NCBI GenBank assembly: GCA_963713825.1
Contig: CAVQNG010000015.1
Coordinates: 1-20,115, forward strand
Length of the DNA stretch: 20,115 nt
Source: an uncultured Acidobacteriota bacterium
GTDB taxonomy: Bacteria; Acidobacteriota; Thermoanaerobaculia; Multivoradales; JAHEKO01
Reading direction: 5' to 3'
In this document: piece after piece, positions 9,031-16,582 of the stretch
Layout: every line of letters begins with the position of its first letter
Numbering within the stretch: the stretch's first letter is position 1
Position numbers and translations under genes: made by a program
Notes under the pieces: generated by a model
Database searches by the model: none
What the model was told of the DNA's origin: nothing
Seen by the model: the letters and a program-made list of their open reading frames with translations, nothing else

Positions 9031-9591
9031 ATGAGAATAATAACGACATTCTTTATCGGATTGACCTCTTCGCTAGTGTCATCGCTCTCAGCCCAACCAG
9101 TATTTTTCTATCAAGGAGATGGTGCCACCGGAAATGCCTACGAACACATCGAAGCGGTAGCGATCCCGTGGCAGGATGCCCTTTTGGCTGCCGCAGACTA
9201 TCGGTACTGCGGGTACAGTCACTTAGCGACGATTCACTCTTCTCAAGAGAATAGCTTCGTGCTCTCACTCCTTGCCGCAGGAACGATGGATGCTTGGCTA
9301 GGTGCCTATCAACCCGACCCGTCTGAGCCGCCCTTAGACGGCTGGGAGTGGATTACAGGGGAGCCCTGGAACTACGTCAACTGGGCACCAGGCGAGCCCA
9401 ATGATGGAGGGCCTGACGGTGAAGATAAGCTCACAATGTGGGGCGATAGCGGTTTCGGACCTCCGGGGACCTGGAACGATGGAGGCTCCGGGCCTGTTCA
9501 TGGCTATGTGGTCGAATGGGAATGTGAGATTCTGCTCTTGGACGGCTTCGAGTCCGGCGACACCACTGCCTGGTCCAGCACTGTCGAGTAG
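9031..9591 (+). CDS. Secreted C-type-lectin-like domain protein with DGFESGD tail
   Basis: Signal peptide from ATG 9031; HLATIHSSQEN, AWLG, WEWITGEPWNYVNWAPGEPND, WND and GYVVE; tail LLLDGFESGDTTAWSSTVE. Confidence 0.9.
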   Translation: MRIITTFFIGLTSSLVSSLSAQPVFFYQGDGATGNAYEHIEAVAIPWQDALLAAADYRYCGYSHLATIHSSQENSFVLSLLAAGTMDAWLGAYQPDPSEPPLDGWEWITGEPWNYVNWAPGEPNDGGPDGEDKLTMWGDSGFGPPGTWNDGGSGPVHGYVVEWECEILLLDGFESGDTTAWSSTVE

Positions 9592-9603
9592 CCCCCCCGG
9601 GGC

Positions 9604-9624
9604 GGCCCCAGCCTCGCTGGGGCC
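9604..9624. other. GC-rich hairpin just downstream of the stop codon
   Basis: GGCCCCAGC-CTC-GCTGGGGCC, with no U-tract. Confidence 0.5.
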
Positions 9625-9803
9625 CTGTGGGGCTGGAGCAAGTCCCGGGATATAAGCACCTCCCCCTCGCCCGTCAACCTCACCTGTCCCAGCGAGTACC
9701 AAGGCAACATCTCCTCTCACCAAGGGTCTATGCCTTCCAGACCGAGATCTCGCCTCAGTACAGCCTGAGACAGGCTGGGACAGGAACAAATTCCAATGTC
9801 GCC

Positions 9804-9830
9804 TGTCACGTTTGTGTCCGTGTAGCTACT
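9804..9830 (+). promoter_or_regulatory. Candidate ECF promoter
   Basis: TGTCAC-N15-GCTACT. Confidence 0.6.
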
Positions 9831-9852
9831 CATAGATATGGAAGTAGAAGCG

Positions 9853-9947
9853 CCTCGACAAAGGCACACCTGGGAAAACCCAGGGCCGCAAAGCTACGGG
9901 TCCTCATCTCCGCATTCGGACCTAAAGACCGCCGGGCTGCCGAAGGG
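9853..9947 (+). ncRNA. c-di-GMP-I riboswitch
   Basis: CCTCGACAAAGGCACACCTGGGAAAACCCAGGGCCGCAAAGCTACGGGTC...AAGACCGCCGGGCTGCCGAAGG. Confidence 0.9.
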
Positions 9948-9989
9948 TAGGAGAGATCCATCTCCGCCGATACTTAGGGGGGATTTGCG

Positions 9990-10847
9990 ATGAAGATGGT
10001 TTGTGGGGTTGCGGCAATCGCCCTACTCGCACTGGCGCTCGGGGGACCAGCGTTCTCGGGTTCGAGCAAGGTTCAGGTTTGTCATATGCCACCCGGCAAT
10101 CCGAACGCTGGTGGCAACTTGGAGATTCGACCCCTGGCGCTTGGGCCGGAGGTCACCTTTGATGACGTGACTTTGACGAGTGCCAATTGTGCGCCTGCCA
10201 ACCTAGTCGCCTTCTGGCCTTCGGACGGAACCGCGCAGGACGTGGCCGGGATCTACGACGGTACCCTCGACGGTGACGCCACTTTTTCCAGCGGCAAGGT
10301 AGGTCAGGCATTCAGCTTCGACGGGAACCAAGCACAGGTGACGCTTGCCACTTTCCCCACAGCCAGCACCTTTTCCATCGAAGGCTGGATCTACTACCTG
10401 GGAAGCAGCACGCCACCCTGGACCACCATTTACGCCGACGGCAACCACGGTTTCTTCCTCAATGACCTGCGGCTCAGTTGGTGGGATTGGGGAGAGCGTT
10501 TTGCCGGAGGCTCCCAGATCTCGGTGGCGGAGTGGCATCACGTCGCAATAACCTACGATGCTAGCCTCAGCATGTTCAGCGGCTACGTCGACGGTGTACC
10601 TGACGGCACATCCATCTTTGCCGGAGCAGCCTTGCCTCCTGGGGAGCCAGTGGTGAGCATCGGTGGCCACGATTCTGGTGTCGATGTCCTCGAGGGGATG
10701 ATCGACGAACTAGCCGTCTACGATCGCGTTCTCTCCGCAGCGGAGATCCTCGCGATCTACAGCCTCGACAGTGTTGGCAAATGCATGATGTTCAAGGGAC
10801 ACTTCGAGACTGGAGATACCTCGCGCTGGTCGGACTCTGTGCCATAG
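9990..10847 (+). CDS. Secreted LamG/concanavalin-A-like jelly-roll protein with a variant tail
   Basis: Signal peptide; LVAFWPSDG, GKVGQAFSFDG, FSIEGWI, WHHVAITYD and GMIDELAVYDRVLSAAEI; tail MFKGHFETGDTSRWSDSVP. Confidence 0.9.
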   Translation: MKMVCGVAAIALLALALGGPAFSGSSKVQVCHMPPGNPNAGGNLEIRPLALGPEVTFDDVTLTSANCAPANLVAFWPSDGTAQDVAGIYDGTLDGDATFSSGKVGQAFSFDGNQAQVTLATFPTASTFSIEGWIYYLGSSTPPWTTIYADGNHGFFLNDLRLSWWDWGERFAGGSQISVAEWHHVAITYDASLSMFSGYVDGVPDGTSIFAGAALPPGEPVVSIGGHDSGVDVLEGMIDELAVYDRVLSAAEILAIYSLDSVGKCMMFKGHFETGDTSRWSDSVP

Positions 10848-10870
10848 GAGATCACCTCAGGCGGAAGGGT

Positions 10871-10897
10871 TGTCACGTTTGTGTCCGTGTAGCTACT
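10871..10897 (+). promoter_or_regulatory. Candidate ECF promoter
   Basis: TGTCAC-N15-GCTACT. Confidence 0.6.
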
Positions 10898-10915
10898 AGG
10901 CGAGGGAATCGGAAG

Positions 10916-11029
10916 CGCCACGCAAAGGCACACCAGGGAAAACCCAGGGCCGCAAAGCCACGGTTCCTCGTCTCCTTCGCGACGGAACCCCGCCACGAAG
11001 GACCCAAGACCGCCGGGCTGCCGAAGGGT
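10916..11029 (+). ncRNA. c-di-GMP-I riboswitch with extended P3
   Basis: AAAGGCACACCAGGGAAAACCCAGGGCCGCAAAGCCACGGTTC...AAGACCGCCGGGCTGCCGAAGG. Confidence 0.85.
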
Positions 11030-11064
11030 GAATGGTGGCCCTGTCTATGGAAAAGGAGTTTGGT

Positions 11065-12414
11065 GTGAGGTTGGCAGCGATGTCCCTTGGAATGAGCGTG
11101 CTGATCGCCGGCTCGATGAGCGCCCAAGGCCCTGTTCCGGTAGGTGAAGAGTTCCAGGTCAACACCTACACAACGAGTGATCAACGTTTCCCAGCGGTTG
11201 CCGTAGAGCCCGATGGCGACTTCGTGGTGGTGTGGTGGAGCCGTGGATCTTCAGGAACGGACTCGTCTTGGACCAGCATCCAGGGGCAGCGCTACGATTC
11301 CGATGGCTTCCCTGTGGGGGGCGAGTTCCAGGTCAACACCTATACTACGAATGGGCAAACAGCGCATTGCGTAGCTGTCGACCAGCATGGTGACTTCGTC
11401 GTGGTGTGGCAAAGCAATAGCGCCAGTTCATCTGGGACGGATACAAGCTCATACAGCACCCAGGGGCAGCGTTACGATTCCGATGGGCTTCCTGTGGGGG
11501 GTGAGTTCCAGATCAACACATATACAACGAATTTTCAGGGTCAACCATCTGTTTCCGTCGACCAGGATGGTCGCTTTGTCGTGGTATGGCTGAGCGAAGG
11601 ATCGTCTGGCACAGACACCGACGTGATGAGCATCCAGGGTCAGCGTTACGACTCCAATGGCCTTCCACTGGGCGGCGAGTTCCAGGTCAATACCTATACG
11701 ACAGCAGACCAGAAATGGCCAGCGGTTGCCGTAGAGCCTGATGGAGACTTCGTGGTTGTGTGGACCAGCGAAGGCTCGTTCGAAACGGACACCGATAGCT
11801 ACAGCATCCAGGGACAGCGCTACGATTCCGATGGCTCCCCTCTGGGGGGTGAGTTCCAGGTCAACACTTACACAACGTCGGATCAACATGACACATCTGT
11901 TGCCGTCGACCAGGATGGTGACTTCGTGGTTGTGTGGAGGAGCCGTGGTTCGTTGGGAACGGATACAGACGGTAGCAGTATCCAGGGGCAGCGCTACGAT
12001 TCCGATGGCTTCCCTGTGGGGGGCGAGTTCCAGGTCAATACCTATACGACCAGTTTCCAGAGTCAACCATCCGTTTCAATCGATCAGGATGGTGGCTTCG
12101 TTGTGGTGTGGAGGAACTTGGGAAGATCAGGAACGGATACAGACGGCGTCAGCATCCAGGGGCAGCGCTACGATTCTGATGGTCTCCCAGTGGGAGGCGA
12201 GTTCCAGGTCAACACCTACACTACGAGCTATCAATATGAACCAGAGGTTGCCGCAGGCCCCAATGGAGGCTTTGTGGTGGTGTGGGCCAGCGACGGCTCA
12301 TACGGCACGGATACCGATTACTTCAGCGTCCAGGGGCAGCGTTACACGCTACCGGTCTTCCAAGACGGCTTCGAGTCCGGCGACACCTCAGCATGGTCGG
12401 ATTCTGTGCCATAG
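11065..12414 (+). CDS. Secreted 7-repeat (probable beta-propeller) protein with DGFESGD tail
   Basis: Likely GTG start at 11065 after AGGAG (ORF is open from 11032). Seven ~59-aa repeats GEFQVNTYTTxxQxxPxVAVDxDGxFVVVW...SIQGQRYDSDG; tail VFQDGFESGDTSAWSDSVP. Confidence 0.88.
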   Translation: MRLAAMSLGMSVLIAGSMSAQGPVPVGEEFQVNTYTTSDQRFPAVAVEPDGDFVVVWWSRGSSGTDSSWTSIQGQRYDSDGFPVGGEFQVNTYTTNGQTAHCVAVDQHGDFVVVWQSNSASSSGTDTSSYSTQGQRYDSDGLPVGGEFQINTYTTNFQGQPSVSVDQDGRFVVVWLSEGSSGTDTDVMSIQGQRYDSNGLPLGGEFQVNTYTTADQKWPAVAVEPDGDFVVVWTSEGSFETDTDSYSIQGQRYDSDGSPLGGEFQVNTYTTSDQHDTSVAVDQDGDFVVVWRSRGSLGTDTDGSSIQGQRYDSDGFPVGGEFQVNTYTTSFQSQPSVSIDQDGGFVVVWRNLGRSGTDTDGVSIQGQRYDSDGLPVGGEFQVNTYTTSYQYEPEVAAGPNGGFVVVWASDGSYGTDTDYFSVQGQRYTLPVFQDGFESGDTSAWSDSVP

Positions 12415-12437
12415 GAGATCACCTCAGACGGAAGGGT

Positions 12438-12464
12438 TGTCACGTTTGTGTCCGTGGAGCTACG
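12438..12464 (+). promoter_or_regulatory. Candidate ECF promoter
   Basis: TGTCAC-N15-GCTACG. Confidence 0.55.
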
Positions 12465-12483
12465 ATAGAAGGAAGAAGACGCG

Positions 12484-12597
12484 CCTCGACAAAGGCACAC
12501 CTGGGAAAACCCAGGGCCGCAAAGCCACGGGTCCTCGTCTCCTACGTGACGGACGCCCGCCACGAAGGACCCCAAGACCGCCGGGCCGCCGAAGGGT
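12484..12597 (+). ncRNA. c-di-GMP-I riboswitch with extended P3
   Basis: CCTCGACAAAGGCACACCTGGGAAAACCCAGGGCCGCAAAGCCACGGGTC...AAGACCGCCGGGCCGCCGAAGG. Confidence 0.88.
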
Positions 12598-12642
12598 GAA
12601 AGGGAAACTCTGTTTCTGAAAAGGCATGAGGAGAACGGTGCG

Positions 12643-14555
12643 ATGAAGAAGCTGAAGAACGAGCTCGCGGTTATGACGGCGATGATCCTGTTGAGTGGCT
12701 CGACCCTTCTGGGCGCCGAGGGTCCCTGGGAGCCGACTGGCCTCCAGGGCAACCACATTTGGGCACTCGAGACCAGCTCCACCGGGGTGATGTTGGCGGG
12801 TTCTGCCCTTGCGCCCAGCAACAAGATCTTTCGCAGTCCCGATTACGGCCTCACTTGGACCGAAGCCACTGGACTGCCCGGGCTAGATCTGGGGTATCGG
12901 GTTTGATCTGTCGACGAATCGATCGCCGATTCCCCGCTGAACGGCGCCGGCGTGAACAGGAGCCTGGACGGCGGCGCGAAGCCGGTCCTGGTCGACCCCC
13001 AACGGGAGAACTGCAGATCGCCGTCTCGCCAACTCATTCCAACGTCCTGTACGTCGCGAGCCAGACGGGAGGCGTGTACAAGAGTGAAGATGCCGGCGAT
13101 ACTTGGCTCCTTCAGGATCTTGGTACGGCCGACAACGCCACTGCGATTGCCGTGCACCCGACAAATCCCGATACAGCCTTGGCCGGCACGCCGTTTGAGG
13201 GAGTCTTCAAAACGACCAATGGCGGGTTGACCTGGTTCGAGGTCAACTCCGGGCTCGAGCTCAACTCCCTCCAGATTGCGGACATCAGGAGTCTTCTCAT
13301 TGATCCGTTGAATCCGATGACAGTTTACGCCGGGGAATTCTGGAACGGCGTCTTCAAAAGTCTGGATGGCGGCATTACCTGGTTCAAGCCTGACCCGAGC
13401 CTCTTTGCGACGGTCCTTTCGATCGAGTTGTCAGGCTTCGATCTTTACATCATCAATACCTTTGACGATGACGGCAATCCCGCCTATCGCAGTAGCGATG
13501 CCGGAGTCACCTGGGAACCGCTACCCAGACAGCCAGAGCTCCCGGGGAAGAATCTGGCCCCGATCTCTGTCGGTGATTCCGGGTGCAGTGCTCATCGGCA
13601 CCGATCCTTCTCCGAATGAAGGCGGCATCTACAGTTGGCAGCTGGGTGACTCCGATGTCGACGGTGTACTGGACGATATCGACAACTGCCCGGACACACC
13701 CAATCCGGCCCAAATCGACTCAGACGGTGACCGCAAGGCGATCTCTGCGATGCCTGTCCAGGGGATCCCGCACAGCTGTGTAATCCAGGGGGATCCACGG
13801 CCGCCGAGATTCCAGCGGATGAAGGGGGTTCGCTCCAGACGCCGGATGGCGCCGTGACGCTCGACATCGACCCCGGCGATCTCACCGAGGACAGCACCTT
13901 ATCGATCACGGAGGTGACCCCGACCGATCCGACAGCGGATCTGGTCCTGGATGACGGCAACGCCAGCGGCCAGCCACTGGCCACCTATGTTTTTGAACCG
14001 GATGGTCTCGAATTCAGCGGCCCGGTCACTCTCGAAGTCATAGCCGACGTCTCGAATCTGAACCGTGGTCAGAGAGCGCGAATCGATCTCTATCTGTACT
14101 CGGATACCGAAGGGGACGGAGTCGAGGACAGCTACGTCAGCCTGGGCGCAACCTGTACGGTGGTCGAGGCCCCGTCCGAAACCTTCACAGCCACGTGCAC
14201 CGCCGAACTCGTCCACCTGTCGGTCTATTCGCTGATCGCCCCACTCGATAGCGACGGTGACGAGGTACCAGATCAGTTCGGTTCCGTGACGGACTTCTGT
14301 CCAGGAACCGCAATTCCAGAAGGGGTACCGCTGGTCTATTTGGGTGTCAATCGATTTGCACTGGTCGATGCAGACGCGGTGTTTGACACGACAGCCCCCC
14401 CCGGGGCTAGACAGTCCTTTACCTATTCGACTGATGACACTGCCGGTTGCTCGTGCGAGCAGATCATCGATGTTCTCGAGTTAGGCATCGGGCAGTGGCG
14501 ATTCGGATGTAGCAACGGCGTCATGAAGGAATGGCTGACCGAGTTGAGCGAGTAG
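12643..14555 (+). CDS. Secreted BNR/Asp-box (VPS10/YCF48-like) propeller, thrombospondin type-3 repeat, ZU5-like and Cys-containing C-terminal domain; frameshifted
   Basis: Signal peptide (12643..); Asp-boxes SEDAGDTW, TTNGGLTW, SLDGGITW and SSDAGVTW; DSDVDGVLDDIDNCPDTPNPAQIDSDGD; FEPDGLEFSGPVTL. Joined from ORFs 12643..12906, 12759..13619, 13366..13857 and 13854..14555. Confidence 0.75.
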
Positions 14556-14774
14556 CAGGCCCATTCGCGGCCACCTAAACTCAGGCTTGGTCTCACGGCC
14601 TTTTCTTCTCGAGACGCACTACGGGACACCGCCGTTGGATGCAGGCAACCCTGCTACCCATAGCAGAGGCCTCCGACTCATAGCCTTTCAGCTATTTTTC
14701 CTACCCCTAAGATAGGAGTGCGGCTACCTCTCAGGGTGTGTCGGTCCTGTCAGAACTCTGATAACAGAGCGAAA

Positions 14775-14860
14775 AGGAGAAGGGGCAAACCTGCCGAAAG
14801 GCAGGGGCGCAAAGCCACGGGTCCTCGGCCGAGCATCCCAGGATCGCCGGGCTGCCGCGA
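14775..14860 (+). ncRNA. c-di-GMP-I riboswitch upstream of an ECF sigma operon
   Basis: GGGCAAACC-TGCCGAAAGGCA-GGGGCGCAAAGCCACGGGTCC...GGATCGCCGGGCTGCCG, canonical with a GAAA tetraloop. Confidence 0.92.
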
Positions 14861-14913
14861 GCGTCGCAGACTGCTGGAGCCGAGTGGCTCCACAGAGGCA
14901 GGGGAGCGTCCCG

Positions 14914-15747
14914 ATGGGTGTGACCTCGAGGCTCATCGAGTGGGTTCCGGGCCTTCCGGCGAAGGAGGTAGAGGAGGCCTGGGATCAATTCCTCAGCGAG
15001 TATGCCGCGGTCATCCTCCAGGTCGTTCACCTGTTCGAGCGAGATCAGGACCGGGTCGACGATTGCTTCCTCTTCGTCTGCGAGCAGCTGAAGAGAGATC
15101 GCCTCAGGAGACTCCGTCGATTCAGGGGACGGGGCGGCGTCGTTTCCCACCTGGTCGCGCAGTTGCCGCAACCTCTGCCTCGATTGGCGCCGTAAGCGAT
15201 TCGGTCGCCCCCGGATCTTTCGCTCCATCGCTCGCCTCCCGGAAGTGGATCAGGAGGTCTTCCGCTGCATCTACTTTCGGAAGCTGAGTGAGAACGAGAC
15301 GCTCCACACGGTCAGGGCGCTCTACCCGACCCTGGACCGAGAAGGGCTCGCCGCGAGCCTGGTGCGCATTCGCAGCTAGTCTCAGCCCCCCCACCAGTCG
15401 TGGCTTCTGGTCTCGCGCAATCCTTACGTGGAATCGCTTTCAGTGGAACGCGCGCTCCAGCAACCGACGATCGGGAAAGGGAGCTGCCTGATCCCGATCC
15501 GGATCCCGAGAGCGAGGCGGCCAGGCGCGAGTTCCTCGGCGCCCTCCGTCGAGGCCATCGCAAAGCCTTCCCGCAGGGGGATCGGCTGCTCCTGCGGCTT
15601 CGCTTCGAGCAGGGGTTGTCCCTGGAGGAGATCGCGGAGCTGATGCAGCTCGGCAGTCCAAGCAAGGCCCAGCGAACCTTGCAGCAGGCACTTTCCAGGA
15701 CGCGAGAGACGAGCTCCAGATGCAGGGAATCGCGTCCTTGTCCGTGA
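14914..15747 (+). CDS. ECF-type sigma factor; frameshifted
   Basis: EEAWDQFLSEYAAVILQVV...DDCFLFVCEQL (region 2) and DRLLLRLRFEQGLSLEEIAELMQL (region 4); followed by a ZAS anti-sigma gene. Confidence 0.8.
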
Positions 15748-15794
15748 AAGAACCATAGCCGGTTGGGAATTCACCTGGGCCGGGTACTGACGAA

Positions 15795-16554
15795 ATGATC
15801 GAAGAATCGGACATCGCCCAGCAGATTCCGCTGGTGGCTGAGGCGGCTACCCCGCGACAGAGGGTTCGCTGTCCGCTTCCAGCGCAGCTCGCGGCCTATG
15901 TCGACAGCAGCCTGGATCCGAGCGCCAGATCTCAGGTGGAGGAGCACCTGGCCGACTGCACCCACTGCCTCGGGCAGGTCGGGTTCCTGGTTCGCGAGTC
16001 GCGAGAAACGGAGGCAACACCGCTACCTTTTTCGCGCCTGGTCGAAGGGTGCTGCTCGCGACAGACTCACCCTTCGGTTCACTCTCGTGCCAGTGCCGGC
16101 CGTGGCGGCCATGGCGGCGACGGCCCTTCTGTTGGCTGTCGGGGTCGCCCTGGCAGCCGGACCGTGGCCTGACACCCTTCAGCCCGGCCCATCCGGGTTC
16201 CGGCAGCACAGGCCAGACCTCCTCGGGAGCACCGATGGATCGGACGCTCCGCAATGGTGCCGTAACAGTGGCCCCGCCTCGGATTTTGCAGCCAGGCGAC
16301 GAAGAGATCGTTGGCCGGCTGCCTTTGGAGATCCGCTGGTCGACCTCCCCCGGGCTCTGCAGTACTCGGTCCAGGTGCTGAGCCTAGCGGGTGATCTGGT
16401 ATGGCAGGGCCGGAGCGCTGGGGAAGAGACCATAGTTCCTCCGCAAGTGGCGCTCGAGCCTGGACAGAGGTACTACGTGTGGGTGGAAGCGCGGCTTCCA
16501 TCCGGCGCTGTCTCGAGGTCCGATGCCGTGGCCTTTCGCGTCGCTCCCGATTGA
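15795..16554 (+). CDS. Zinc-finger (zf-HC2) anti-sigma factor with TM helix and Ig-like extracytoplasmic domain; frameshifted
   Basis: CPLPAQLAAYVD...VEEHLADCTHC; TM segment VPAVAAMAATALLLAVGVAL; C-terminal YSVQVLSLAGDLVWQ...LEPGQRYYVWVEA. Confidence 0.8.
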
Positions 16555-16582
16555 CGGGGGCAGCGTTCAAACGGGGAAGATA

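Larger units (their letters stand above)
10803..11029 (+). repeat. ~230-bp inter-gene repeat, copy B
   Basis: Nearly identical to 8768-8990. Confidence 0.9.
12364..12597 (+). repeat. ~230-bp inter-gene repeat, copy C (mosaic)
   Basis: Tail, promoter and P3 resemble copies A/B; the segment before the aptamer resembles 9831-9862. Confidence 0.85.

Noticed and set aside
7745-12350. Diversity-generating retroelement template/variable repeat pair
   Set aside because: No reverse transcriptase is in the window, and I see no adenine-specific mismatch pattern between repeat copies.
8762-12597. Repeats as a CRISPR array or integron attC sites
   Set aside because: The units are ~230 bp, contain a recognisable riboswitch and coding sequence, and are separated by whole genes. 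No cas or integrase gene is in the window and I see no attC-type R''/R' inverted structure.
7533-14860. Aptamers as 3',3'-cGAMP (GEMM-Ib) riboswitches
   Set aside because: The G20-equivalent is G in every copy, not the A typical of cGAMP-selective variants.
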